Notes: generated from the sequence alone by a model not told the origin. Shown: positions 1 to 9,424, counted from the first letter of the stretch. The stretch: DNA of 37,578 bases from Candidatus Yonathbacteria bacterium RIFCSPHIGHO2_01_FULL_51_10 (GCA_001823505.1 MHUS01000010.1:39785-77362); one strand, 5' to 3'. Translations and numbers: made by a program.

Positions 1-896
1 AGTCCACGTTTCTCTACGAGCTCGTCCACAAGAACCTGCAGGCGCGATTTGAGCATAAGTACCGAAGCAACGAGGTTTTTAATTGCGAGAGTTTTTCCGG
101 GACGGAGTACTTGCATCGTACTGTGCTCATAGACCAATCACCGATCGGGCGCACGCCACGATCCAATCCGGCCACCTACACCGGTGCCTTTACCTTCATT
201 CGTGACCTATTCGCAGAGACGGAGGAGGCGCGTATTCGCGGTTGGGGACCGGGGCGATTTTCCTTCAACGTGAAGGGCGGCCGGTGTGAGACCTGTCAGG
301 GTAATGGCACGATCGCGGTGGAAATGCACTTCCTTCCGACGGTGTACGTGACCTGTGATGTGTGCGAGGGTAAGCGTTTTGAAAAAGAGACGCTTGAGGT
401 CAAGTATAAAAAGAAAAATATCTATGAGGTGCTCCGCATGACGGTTGAGGAAGCGTTTAGTTTTTTTGAGGATATTCCGGCCATTTATGATCGACTTAAA
501 ACCTTGATGGATGTTGGGCTCAGCTACCTTGAGCTCGGTCAGTCGGCGACAACGCTCTCCGGCGGAGAGGCGCAGCGAGTTAAAATTTCCTCAGAACTCT
601 TTCGTCCCTATCATGAAAGCACGATCTATCTCCTTGATGAGCCGACCGTAGGGCTTCACTACGAAGACGTCCGTAAGCTGATCGAGATACTCCAGAAGCT
701 GGTTGACCGCGGGAACTCAGTTGTTTTGATCGAGCACAACATGGATGTGATCAAGAGCGCTGACTATGTCATTGATATCGGCCCTGAAGGAGGTGCCGGC
801 GGGGGGAACATCGTCGCACGCGGCACTCCGGAGCAAATTGCAGCGAACGCGAAATCCCACACGGGGAAATATTTGAAAAAGGTGCTGAAGAAATAA
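1..896 (+). CDS. uvrA: Excinuclease ABC subunit A, C-terminal part (5' end lies outside the window)
   Basis: Frame open from base 3 (STFLYELV...). Contains [17 protein letters not shown], zinc finger CETC..CDVC, ABC signature LSGGEAQR, Walker B YLLDEPT and DIGPEGG. Confidence 0.97.
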   Translation, partial: STFLYELVHKNLQARFEHKYRSNEVFNCESFSGTEYLHRTVLIDQSPIGRTPRSNPATYTGAFTFIRDLFAETEEARIRGWGPGRFSFNVKGGRCETCQGNGTIAVEMHFLPTVYVTCDVCEGKRFEKETLEVKYKKKNIYEVLRMTVEEAFSFFEDIPAIYDRLKTLMDVGLSYLELGQSATTLSGGEAQRVKISSELFRPYHESTIYLLDEPTVGLHYEDVRKLIEILQKLVDRGNSVVLIEHNMDVIKSADYVIDIGPEGGAGGGNIVARGTPEQIAANAKSHTGKYLKKVLKK

Positions 897-928
897 AGGA
901 TCCCCGCGGCAAGCCGAGGAGCTAATAG

Positions 929-958
929 AAAAATGGCCCCGTCGAAACGGAGCCATTT
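929..958. terminator. Intrinsic terminator between uvrA and the convergent orphan pair
   Basis: AAATGGC-C-CCGT-CGAA-ACGG-A-GCCATTT. On the minus strand it has a UUCG loop and a U-run. Confidence 0.75.
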
Positions 959-972
959 GTGATAGGCGTCAA

Positions 973-1305
973 TCATCGCGCAGCTCCAGAGGCGTCTACG
1001 CGTAATTGATTCCATGCCTCGTCGCATACAGCAGGCGGTACTGCGCGGGGGCGCCCTTGCCGCAATTTAGCATATTTTTTAGTGAAGGAATTGATCAAGG
1101 TACGGTTGATCTCACCCGTTTGGTCGAGAACACATCTCGTTGGCTGAAAATAAACCTCCTGCTTCCCAAGAAGAAACCAGAAAGCTCCGTCCACCTCTTT
1201 TTTTCGTGGGACCAAATTCCCCATACTTCCATGGAAACTCCCCTCTATCGCGTCGTACAATCCCGGGAACACACGTTCCATCAGCAATAGTTGCGGTACT
1301 TTCAT
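973..1305 (-). CDS. Hypothetical protein, 110 aa
   Basis: SD AAGGGAG about 7 nt before the ATG; ATGA overlap with the upstream ORF; terminator downstream. No recognisable motif. Confidence 0.65.
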   Translation of the reverse strand: MKVPQLLLMERVFPGLYDAIEGSFHGSMGNLVPRKKEVDGAFWFLLGKQEVYFQPTRCVLDQTGEINRTLINSFTKKYAKLRQGRPRAVPPAVCDEAWNQLRVDASGAAR

Positions 1306-1724
1306 GAGTATTCTCCCTTGGAAAATACGAGAAGGGTTGAACCATTTAATACTTCAAAAGACCCGGCCGCGACAAGAGTTGCTCGATTCTGTTGCCAAAG
1401 CACCTCGCAGATCTTGGCAACAACAATGCGCGAATAGATGACATCGTTCTGCTGGCCGTGGAGCAATTCAAGTGTTTCTGCACAGGCCTGCGCTACGAGC
1501 TCAATCATCTCACATTTTTCCATGCGCGATCCGGCAGGGATGTAACCCCTCATTACGAGAAGTGCCCCCGTTGAGACCATCAGTTCAACTTCAGAAATTA
1601 TAACGCGGACTGTCGTACGGAGGTTTCTCGTGCTACACCTTGTACGCACTTCATTCCCAATCACCCGACTGACATGTTTTCGTGCGTGGATCAGCCATTG
1701 ATCTGTTGTCGTTGCTACGCTCAT
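1302..1724 (-). CDS. Hypothetical protein, 140 aa (MSVATTTDQW...)
   Basis: Start re-chosen at 1724 behind SD AAGGGGG, with TTGACG-16-TATGCT upstream (1786-1759). The track's longer version overlaps uvrC. Confidence 0.65.
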   Translation of the reverse strand: MSVATTTDQWLIHARKHVSRVIGNEVRTRCSTRNLRTTVRVIISEVELMVSTGALLVMRGYIPAGSRMEKCEMIELVAQACAETLELLHGQQNDVIYSRIVVAKICEVLWQQNRATLVAAGSFEVLNGSTLLVFSKGEYS

Positions 1725-1834
1725 GGCATCGTACCCCCTTCGTGGTTGCTCTTTATGTAGCATAGCGCGGGTAAGCAAAACGTCAAGGGCTGCAAGGTTT
1801 GCCCAAAGCTTTTTGGGATGTATACTGCCGTCAT

Positions 1835-3043
1835 ATGAAATGGACCGCCAGGGTTTCAAAAACTCTCCCCAAGACTCCCGGGGTGTACCAATTCATCGGG
1901 GAAAAGGGGAAGATCCTCTATATCGGTAAGGCGACATCACTGCGTGACCGCGTGAGAAGCTACTTCGATGTTGATATTGCAGGCACGCGCGGTGCTCATA
2001 TCCAAAACATGGTGGAACGGGCACGGCGCGTAAAAGTTATTCCCACCGACTCGGTCCTTGAAGCGCTGCTGCTTGAAGCGGAACTCATCCGAGCTCATCG
2101 CCCTCCGTCCAACACAAAAGAGAAAGACGACAAGAGCTGGAATCACATTGTCATCACCGACGAAGATTTTCCGCGGGTACTCATTGTCCGTGGGAAGGAG
2201 CTTCGGGATGGTACCAACGAGAAGCTGTTCAAGGTCAAACGGGTATTTGGGCCATTCCCGCACGGCACCACTCTGCGAGAAGCGCTGCGTATCATTCGAA
2301 AGATCTTTCCGTTCCGTGATAAATGTACTCCAGGGATAGGGCGACCATGCTTTAATGCGCAGATCGGCCTTTGTCCCGGGGTGTGTGTGGGGACAGTGAG
2401 TAAGGCAGAGTACGCAAAAACTATCCGCAGCATTATGCTGTTTTGCGGCGGCAAGAAGAAGCAACTCATCGCGACACTCAAGCGTGAGATGAACGCTGCG
2501 GCAAAGAAATTTGAATTTGAAAAAGCCGGCAAGATACAGCGTACAATATTTTCCCTTGAGCACATTCATGATGTGGCGCTCCTTAAGCGGGAGGCAGTTT
2601 CTTCAGTGATCCGCATTGAAGCATACGACATTGCCCATATGAGCGGTAAGGCCATGTCAGGGGCTATGACCGTCATTGTGGACGGGGAGCCTGATCATGC
2701 GGAATATCGCAAATTCACCATCAAGTCAGTGCAGGGGAGTAACGACACTGCCGCGCTTAAAGAGGTCCTTGCGCGGCGCTTTGCGCATCCTGAGTGGCCT
2801 TATCCGCGACTTATCGTCATTGACGGCGGCTTGGCGCAAAAGAATGCTGCGGAAGCGGTTCTAAGAGAGTTGGGAGTTGGTATTCCCGTGGTAAGTGTGG
2901 TTAAGGATGACCGCCATCGCGCGCGGGAGATCATGGGGGAGAAGCGCTACGCAACACAGTTTGAAAAAGAGATCATTCTCGCGAATGCGGAGTCCCATCG
3001 CTTTGCGCTGAAGCATCATAAAGTATTGCGACGCCTTACATGA
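1835..3043 (+). CDS. uvrC: Compact UvrC-type excinuclease, 402 aa (GIY-YIG, Cys-rich, UVR and RNase H-like domains; no C-terminal HhH)
   Basis: PGVY..ILYIGKA..LRDRVRSYF, C..C..QIGLCPGVC, FEFEKAGK, RIEAYDIAH, LIVIDGG, ESHRFA. TATACT lies 8 nt before ATG 1835. Confidence 0.92.
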   Translation: MKWTARVSKTLPKTPGVYQFIGEKGKILYIGKATSLRDRVRSYFDVDIAGTRGAHIQNMVERARRVKVIPTDSVLEALLLEAELIRAHRPPSNTKEKDDKSWNHIVITDEDFPRVLIVRGKELRDGTNEKLFKVKRVFGPFPHGTTLREALRIIRKIFPFRDKCTPGIGRPCFNAQIGLCPGVCVGTVSKAEYAKTIRSIMLFCGGKKKQLIATLKREMNAAAKKFEFEKAGKIQRTIFSLEHIHDVALLKREAVSSVIRIEAYDIAHMSGKAMSGAMTVIVDGEPDHAEYRKFTIKSVQGSNDTAALKEVLARRFAHPEWPYPRLIVIDGGLAQKNAAEAVLRELGVGIPVVSVVKDDRHRAREIMGEKRYATQFEKEIILANAESHRFALKHHKVLRRLT

Positions 3044-3070
3044 AAAGGGGCCTCAAGGTGAGGCCCCTTT
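3044..3070. terminator. Bidirectional intrinsic terminator
   Basis: AAAGGGGCCTCA-AGG-TGAGGCCCCTTT, a perfect stem between convergent genes. Confidence 0.85.
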
Positions 3071-3097
3071 ATGAAAGTCGCAGATTTTTTCTTTGAC

Positions 3098-3358
3098 TTA
3101 CACTCTGCGTCTTCGTGCTGGTCGGCGATACATTACTGCGTCTGCTGAAAAAATTGGGTTCATTCCTACGTTGTGATGCCCCGGAGGAATGACAACCGGG
3201 TTACCTTTACGAAGTAAGATGAGCGATAAGCAGTGCCCCATCTCATCGCACTGGACTACTCGCGCTACTTCAAAGGACCCCCTTCCAAATATCGCTCGTC
3301 CTGCTTTCTTGAGGTACACCTTCTTCCCCTTTTCACTCTGCAGTTGTGTCGTTGCCAT
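3098..3358 (-). CDS. Hypothetical basic protein, 86 aa (MATTQLQSEK...)
   Basis: SD GGAGG before ATG 3358; promoter TTGACA-17-TATTAT upstream; terminator downstream. Confidence 0.7.
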   Translation of the reverse strand: MATTQLQSEKGKKVYLKKAGRAIFGRGSFEVARVVQCDEMGHCLSLILLRKGNPVVIPPGHHNVGMNPIFSADAVMYRRPARRRRV

Positions 3359-3390
3359 ACAGTACCCTCCGGTCTTTGTTGTGAGGCGCC

Positions 3391-3461
3391 TATAATAGTA
3401 TGGATTTGTGTTTTTGTCAATTACCATTTGTTTGACAAAACACCACATACTATGCTATAAT
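3391..3461. promoter_or_regulatory. Back-to-back divergent sigma70 promoters
   Basis: Minus strand: TTGACA (3420-3415)-17-TATTAT. Plus strand: TTGACA (3432)-18-TATAAT (3456) with extended TG. The two arms resemble each other. Confidence 0.75.
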
Positions 3462-3496
3462 ACAGCCAGAGTAAATTACTTTAAGGGAGGCCCTAG

Positions 3497-4108
3497 ATGG
3501 GCACTATCATCTTTTGTTTGATTCTGGTACTGACAGGAATGTCGGTATGGGTGTTCTTTAAAAACGTGACGGGAGCAAACACCCGACCAAGCATTCTTGC
3601 ATGGTTTATCATCTCTATAACTACCGGCATCGCGCTTGCTTCGTTTCTCTGCAATCTTTCTGTTTTGAATGAAGCAAACATCGCTAAAGGTGCGCTATTT
3701 TTCGCAAATTTTGGTGCATCGGTTGTGATATTTTTACGGCTGCTATACTTGGGAGGCTACAACTTGAAACTTAGCGTGTTCGATAAAGTTTCAAGTGTTG
3801 CGGCTACATGGATTCTGATATATTGGTTTTTGTCAGATGATCCAGTTGGCGCAAATCTCTGCACACAAGGACTTATGATCATCTCTTACTGTTTAATTAT
3901 CGAGAGAGTCGTGAAAACAAAAGGGAAGAGTGATAATCGTTTGTTTTGGTGGTGTGCGGTTGGGATGAGCATTTTATCTCTCGTCTCTATCCAAGGTGGT
4001 GGAATCCTTGAAGCGGTAAACACATATCGGTCGATTATTTCGACCAGTGCCGTTCTTGGAACAATCTACTATTTCCGCGTTAAGCAATGTGCTCAGAAAG
4101 TTACCTGA
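3497..4108 (+). CDS. Multi-pass membrane protein, 203 aa (possibly PQ-loop/SWEET-like architecture)
   Basis: About seven hydrophobic segments; SD AAGGGAGG; own promoter and terminator. The fold suggestion is by eye only. Confidence 0.75.
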   Translation: MGTIIFCLILVLTGMSVWVFFKNVTGANTRPSILAWFIISITTGIALASFLCNLSVLNEANIAKGALFFANFGASVVIFLRLLYLGGYNLKLSVFDKVSSVAATWILIYWFLSDDPVGANLCTQGLMIISYCLIIERVVKTKGKSDNRLFWWCAVGMSILSLVSIQGGGILEAVNTYRSIISTSAVLGTIYYFRVKQCAQKVT

Positions 4109-4122
4109 GCACGCAAGGACTC

Positions 4123-4153
4123 ACCGCGCATTCGCAAGAATGCGCGGTTTTTT
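4123..4153 (+). terminator. Intrinsic terminator
   Basis: ACCGCGCATTC-GCAA-GAATGCGCGGT followed by a T-run; GNRA loop. Confidence 0.9.
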
Positions 4154-4176
4154 GTTCATGCCCCTTCACCACCTTT

Positions 4177-4629
4177 TTAACCTAAAAGTTCTTCGACCAC
4201 TTGTTTGACATCGTTTCCATCTGCTTTGCCGCCCAGCTCTTTGATGACCGCGCCCATGAGCATGCCCATCTTTGCTTTGTCGGTTACGCCAAGTTCCACT
4301 TTCTTGGTTTCCGCCACTTTTCTGATCTCATCTTTAGACATGGTCGCGGGGAGATACGTTTCAAGGACGGCAAGTTCTTCTTTTTCTTGTTCGGCAAGTT
4401 CCGGACGCCCACCTTTTACAAACTGGTCTATCGAGTCTTTGCGCTGTTTCGCAAGACGTTTGATGACTGCGAGTGCGGCATCATCGGCAAGTTCGTCCTG
4501 CGGCTTCATACCCTTCGCAACCAGTTCGTTGGTGAACGCGGTAAGCATGCCCCGCAGAACGCTTAGTTTAACAACCTCTTTTGCACGCATGGCCTCTTTG
4601 ATCTGGCCACGAAGCTCTTGATGGATCAT
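4177..4629 (-). CDS. yqeY: GatB/YqeY domain protein
   Basis: IKEAMRAKE..LR..KQRKDSIDQFVKGGRPELAEQEKEEL..YLP..MGMLMG..ADG. Confidence 0.92.
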   Translation of the reverse strand: MIHQELRGQIKEAMRAKEVVKLSVLRGMLTAFTNELVAKGMKPQDELADDAALAVIKRLAKQRKDSIDQFVKGGRPELAEQEKEELAVLETYLPATMSKDEIRKVAETKKVELGVTDKAKMGMLMGAVIKELGGKADGNDVKQVVEELLG

Positions 4630-4687
4630 ATGAATGTTTATGAATTAGAATAGGAGCATTATAGTACAACGGTGGATTGACGGCATA

Positions 4688-4716
4688 TTGACTTTAAAAC
4701 TTATTTATGGTAATAT
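4688..4716 (+). promoter_or_regulatory. Sigma70 promoter of the GGDEF gene
   Basis: TTGACT-17-TAATAT with extended TG. Confidence 0.65.
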
Positions 4717-4755
4717 ACTAAAAGGTTGTACACTATTGTAAAAAGGGGGTGCAAG

Positions 4756-5382
4756 ATGGCAAAGAAAGATTTAGATGGTAGCAAAAAGGACCTCGAAAAA
4801 CGGTTGCGGAAACTCGCGATCGAAAATAAGCAATTGAAGATTGCGCTGGAGCGCGCGAATGCAATTGCTTGCTATGATTCTCTCACCGGAGTATACACTC
4901 GGAGAGAACTCATGGAGCATGGAGAGTACTTCATGAAGCTTCTCAATGGACGTTACATTGAAGGAAACATGCGAACGGTACGCCCACATATGACTGAGCT
5001 CGCGGTGTGTTTTATTGATCTCAACGATCTAAAGAAGATTAATAATACACAAGGGCATCATTCGGGGGACGAAGCACTCGCAAGTTTTGCTCAGTGCATC
5101 AAGGAAAGCATACGCGACACAGACGTCCTTGGACGCTATGGTGGGGACGAATTTGTTGTTTTGTTCCCAAATCAGTCGCTTGTGGACGCAAGAAAGATTG
5201 TTCGCAAGATGCGTGCATCTATTGGTCGAACAGTCACTGGGAGAAATGGGATTCCTCTCAGCGCCTCGTTTGGCGTAGCATCTACGTCTGAAGGCCATAC
5301 AACACTTTCAGATCTGATGGCGATTGCGGATGGACGAATGTATCGTGACAAGGATAGGCAAAAAAAGGGCAGGGCGGCTTAA
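4756..5382 (+). CDS. Diguanylate cyclase (short coiled coil plus GGDEF), 208 aa
   Basis: DSLTG, IDLNDLKKINN.QGH.SGD, RDTD-x5-GGDEF, SFGVA, AD.RMY.DK. SD AGGGGG before ATG 4756. Confidence 0.92.
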   Translation: MAKKDLDGSKKDLEKRLRKLAIENKQLKIALERANAIACYDSLTGVYTRRELMEHGEYFMKLLNGRYIEGNMRTVRPHMTELAVCFIDLNDLKKINNTQGHHSGDEALASFAQCIKESIRDTDVLGRYGGDEFVVLFPNQSLVDARKIVRKMRASIGRTVTGRNGIPLSASFGVASTSEGHTTLSDLMAIADGRMYRDKDRQKKGRAA

Positions 5383-5396
5383 TTACGCTCACCCCG

Positions 5397-5431
5397 CGGC
5401 GGGACTGGAAACAGCCCCGCCGTATTTTTTT
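5397..5431 (+). terminator. Intrinsic terminator
   Basis: CGGCGGG-A-CTG-GAAA-CAG-C-CCCGCCG then TATTTTTTT. Confidence 0.8.
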
Positions 5432-5477
5432 GCCCAAAATACACCCATAGCAACTTTTTTGATATACTGTTCCCAAT

Positions 5478-8240
5478 ATGGCGCACCAAAAAACACTTCC
5501 CTGGCACTCATTTGGACTTGAAGAATCCAACAAACATCTTCGCACTAACTTTGAAAAAGGCCTCACCAACGAAGAAGCAGTTGCGCGTCTCAGAAAATAT
5601 GGAGCAAATACGTTCGGAGAAATACAGCGCGAGAGCATCTTCTTGCGCGTCTTCACACAATTCAAAAATCCGCTCGTCGCAATGCTCCTCATTGGGTTTT
5701 TTGCAACACTTGTCTTTAAGGAGTATCTGGACATGACAGTGATCCTTGCCGCGCTCTGTATCAATGTCATTGTCAGTATCATCCAAGAAGCCCGTGCAGG
5801 AAAAGCATTTGAGAAACTCGTCTCCTCGCAGGAGCGCACTGCGCAGGTCATGCGCGATGGGGAGAAGAAGCTTATCTCCGCTCGTGACCTGGTCTTGGGT
5901 GACATTATTTTTCTTGAGACCGGTACGCGTGTGCCCGCGGATGCACGAATCATCGACGAGCGGGACCTCAGTTTTGATGAATCGGCGCTTACCGGGGAAT
6001 CAATGGAAACGGAGAAAGCGGCCGGCAGGCTTCCTTTGGAAATGCACATCGCCGAGCGCACGAACATGGCGTGGATGGGGACGCTTGCGGTGTCAGGAAG
6101 AGGGAAGGCGGTTGTTGTCGCAACAGGAGAGCGGACAGAGATGGGTGACATTGCCATAAGCTTGAATGATCTTGCTTCAGAGGCAACCCCGCTTCAGAAA
6201 AGCATTCATCGTCTCGCAAAGACGCTGGCTATCATCGCGGCCGGCGCAACTGCGCTCATCTTCGCCTTGGGTATCATGCGCGGACATCAGTTTTCCGAAA
6301 TGGTGCTCATGGCAGTCTCCGTGGGGATCGCCGCAATGCCCGAGGGGCTTCCGGTGGCAGTTACGGTCACGCTCATTATCGGGATGGAGGCGATCCTCCG
6401 ACGCGGGGGACTGGTACGTAATCTCCTTGCGGCGGAGACATTGGGGAGCACCACTATTATTTTGACTGACAAAACGGGTACGCTCACAAAAGCGGAGATG
6501 GAGGTTGCTCAAACGATCGCCCCGGACCATCTCGTGTCTGAAAAGAAGCATGCTGCCGGTGTGTCGGGGGCGCACGACGAGCAGATCCTTACCATGGCGA
6601 TCCTCGCCTCGGATGCATTCGTGGAAGGACGCGAGAGTCCACTTGCCGAGTGGGTGGTGCGCGGTCGGCCGGTAGAACGTGCGATCGTCCGCGCGGGGCT
6701 TGAGTCGGGGATAGACCCGAATGAACTTTTTCGTGAGACGCCGCGCATTGACTTCATGTCGTTTCAGTCCGAACGACGTTTTGGCGCGTCACTCCATAAA
6801 GGCACAAGCAAAACGATGCGGCATCTTTTTGTGACCGGCGCGCCAGAGTTCCTTCTGGCGTCATCGTCGTTCGTTCATATTGGGGATAAGCGCGTGAAGC
6901 TTACCGGCGCAATGCGCAAAGATCTTGAGGCGGTGATGCGACGCGAAAGCGCGGCAGGGATGCGGCTCATCGCAGTGTCGTATAAAAATGTGACATGGGA
7001 GAAACTCCCCCATGAGTCCGATCCAAATCTCGAGAAAGAAATGCTCGGTCAACTTACCTTCGGCGGGATCATCGCACTCCATGATCCACTTCGTCCTGAT
7101 GCTCGCACCGCGATCGAGACTGCACAAAAAGCAGGTACACGCGTCATTATGCTCACGGGCGACAACAAAGAGACCGCGCTTGCCATCGCCGAGAAGGCGG
7201 GAATCGCGCCGCAAGGAAGTCGTGCCGTTACGGGAGATGAAGTTGAAAAAATGACGGATAGTGAGCTTCTTCACGCACTCCGCGAGATCTCAGTCTTTGC
7301 GCGCGTGCTTCCGCACCAGAAGCTTCGCATCGCGCGGATCTTAAAAGGCGAGGGCGAAGTGGTGGCAATGACCGGAGACGGGGTGAACGATGCCCCGGCG
7401 CTTCGTGCGGCGGATATCGGCGTCGCACTCGGTGGCGGTACCGAAGTTGCCAAAGAAGCATCTGATCTCGTGCTCCTTGACGGCAGTTTCTCGGTCATCG
7501 TCGCGGCGATAGAAGAGGGGAGGCGTATCTTGGATAATTTAAAAAAGATCGTTTCGTATCTGGTGTCTACCAGCATGAGTGAAGTATTCATTGTGGGAGG
7601 TGCGCTTGTGGTGGGGGCACCGCTCCCGCTTTTGTCGTCGCAGATCATCTGGACGAAGATCGTAGAAGAAGGCTTCATGAATTTTGCATTTGCATTCGAG
7701 CCCAAAGAAGACAATTTGATGCGTCGCAATCCGCAAAGCTCATCAATGCGCACTATCCTCACCCCCAAGGTCAAGCGGCTCATTCTACTTATGAGTGTTA
7801 TCACCGGGGTGTTCTTGATCGGTTTATATTTCACGCTTCTCGCATTCGGCATGTCGATCGAGAAAGCACGCACATTGATGTTCATCGCGATCTCCATCGA
7901 TTCCATTTTCTTCGCGCTCTCGCTCAAAAATCTCCACAAGCCGATCTGGCGCATTCCTATTTTCTCAAATCGCTATCTTGTCTTCGCGCTCATCGGAAGT
8001 ATCGGCGCACTTATTTTGGCACTTGTTCTGCCACCACTACAGAAACTTCTCGCTATCGTTCCGGTGGGGATGGACGACATGGGGTTCATCATCGCGATCG
8101 GACTCATAAACCTCGTGGTGGTGGAGAGCGCGAAATATGCGGTTTTTCGCCACGATCAGCTTGAACACTTGAGCCAAAAGGAGCAACAGGAAACCAAAGA
8201 GGAGGGTGCGGCGCGCAGAGCGCGCCGCCTCGTGCGATAG
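5478..8240 (+). CDS. P-type (P2A-like) cation-transporting ATPase, 920 aa
   Basis: DESALTGES, PEGL, DKTGT phosphorylation site, MLTGD, TGDGVNDAPAL and about ten TM segments. Confidence 0.95.
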   Translation: MAHQKTLPWHSFGLEESNKHLRTNFEKGLTNEEAVARLRKYGANTFGEIQRESIFLRVFTQFKNPLVAMLLIGFFATLVFKEYLDMTVILAALCINVIVSIIQEARAGKAFEKLVSSQERTAQVMRDGEKKLISARDLVLGDIIFLETGTRVPADARIIDERDLSFDESALTGESMETEKAAGRLPLEMHIAERTNMAWMGTLAVSGRGKAVVVATGERTEMGDIAISLNDLASEATPLQKSIHRLAKTLAIIAAGATALIFALGIMRGHQFSEMVLMAVSVGIAAMPEGLPVAVTVTLIIGMEAILRRGGLVRNLLAAETLGSTTIILTDKTGTLTKAEMEVAQTIAPDHLVSEKKHAAGVSGAHDEQILTMAILASDAFVEGRESPLAEWVVRGRPVERAIVRAGLESGIDPNELFRETPRIDFMSFQSERRFGASLHKGTSKTMRHLFVTGAPEFLLASSSFVHIGDKRVKLTGAMRKDLEAVMRRESAAGMRLIAVSYKNVTWEKLPHESDPNLEKEMLGQLTFGGIIALHDPLRPDARTAIETAQKAGTRVIMLTGDNKETALAIAEKAGIAPQGSRAVTGDEVEKMTDSELLHALREISVFARVLPHQKLRIARILKGEGEVVAMTGDGVNDAPALRAADIGVALGGGTEVAKEASDLVLLDGSFSVIVAAIEEGRRILDNLKKIVSYLVSTSMSEVFIVGGALVVGAPLPLLSSQIIWTKIVEEGFMNFAFAFEPKEDNLMRRNPQSSSMRTILTPKVKRLILLMSVITGVFLIGLYFTLLAFGMSIEKARTLMFIAISIDSIFFALSLKNLHKPIWRIPIFSNRYLVFALIGSIGALILALVLPPLQKLLAIVPVGMDDMGFIIAIGLINLVVVESAKYAVFRHDQLEHLSQKEQQETKEEGAARRARRLVR

Positions 8241-8270
8241 AGACACAAGAATGATATACTTCTTCTCAAC

Positions 8271-9398
8271 ATGGACTCGCTACTCGTTATCATCATCGCC
8301 ATTATCGCCGCTGTAATTGGTGCCACTGTGGTATTTTTTGTGGTCAAGGGCAATGCGTCAGGAGTACCTGCCCAGAACCAAAACGACGGTCTCATGCTCC
8401 TCCAGAACCAGATCCAGGGCTTCCAGGCGCAGATCGGCGACCTTGTGAAGACGGTAGACGCAAAGCTTGGCGACTCACAGCGTGATATGCGCGAGACCAC
8501 ACGCATTCAATTCTCAGAATCCCAGAAGCTTATCCAGTCAACCAATGAACAAGTCACCAAACACTTGATCGACGTCGCAAAAGGTGTCGCGGAGGCGAAT
8601 GAAGCGAGCAAGCAGGTGTTCACGATCGCAGATCAACTCCAAAACCTTGAGAAGGTCCTGAAGCACCAGAAACAGCGCGGGAACTTGGGTGAGGCAAGCT
8701 TGGAGCTCTCGCTCAATAACATCCTTCCACCGGATGCGTACGAGATGCAGCATCTTTTTCCGGGAGGAGATCAGGTTGATGCGATCATCAAAACAAAAGA
8801 AGGGGTTATCCCCGTGGACGCAAAGTTCTCACTCGATAACTACAACCGCGTGGTGAATGAGGATGATCCGGAGCGCAAACTGCTCCTCGAAAAAGATTTC
8901 CGTAATGACCTCAAGAAGCGCATTGATGAGACTGCAAAATATATCCGCGTAAAAGACGGCACGCTGCCGTTCGCCTTTATGTACATTCCCGCAGAAGGGA
9001 TCTACTACGACCTGCTCATCAACGACGTGGGGTCCAAGGTGAATGCCCGAAGCTTGATCGACTATGCGTACACGGAAAAAAACGTGATCATCGTATCGCC
9101 CACGACATTCTCTGCGTATCTGCAGGCAGTTCTCTATGGCTTTAAGGCGTTCAAGATAGAGGAGTCGGCAAAAGAGATCGCCAAGGAGGTGGAGAAGCTC
9201 GCACGCCACCTGCGCGCGTATGATGAACATTTCAAAAAAGTTGGGAAGTCGCTGGGCACCACCGTGAACCACTATGATGCCGCGCAGAAGGACTTTGGGA
9301 TGATAGAGAAGGATGTCTTTAAGATCACGGCAGGCAAAGCAGAGATCGGTTTTGAGGCCTTGGCGCTCGATAGGCCCGCGGATGAGGCGGGGGAGTAA
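8271..9398 (+). CDS. rmuC: DNA recombination protein RmuC family
   Basis: N-terminal TM and coiled coil; RGNLGE, VDAKF, FAFMYIPAEGIY, IVSPTT. Confidence 0.92.
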   Translation: MDSLLVIIIAIIAAVIGATVVFFVVKGNASGVPAQNQNDGLMLLQNQIQGFQAQIGDLVKTVDAKLGDSQRDMRETTRIQFSESQKLIQSTNEQVTKHLIDVAKGVAEANEASKQVFTIADQLQNLEKVLKHQKQRGNLGEASLELSLNNILPPDAYEMQHLFPGGDQVDAIIKTKEGVIPVDAKFSLDNYNRVVNEDDPERKLLLEKDFRNDLKKRIDETAKYIRVKDGTLPFAFMYIPAEGIYYDLLINDVGSKVNARSLIDYAYTEKNVIIVSPTTFSAYLQAVLYGFKAFKIEESAKEIAKEVEKLARHLRAYDEHFKKVGKSLGTTVNHYDAAQKDFGMIEKDVFKITAGKAEIGFEALALDRPADEAGE

Positions 9399-9424
9399 AG
9401 TAGCTTCACAGAGAAACTTGACAT

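Noticed and set aside
1835..1870. Possible frameshift at the uvrC start (alternative MDRQGFK in another frame across an A5 run)
   Set aside because: The in-frame ATG at 1835 has a well-placed -10 box, so no frameshift is needed.
5282..8506. Long antisense ORFs (291, 227 and 137 aa and others) opposite the P-type ATPase, with similar ones opposite aspS, gltX and dnaB
   Set aside because: Shadow frames of strongly supported genes, with no motifs or expression signals.
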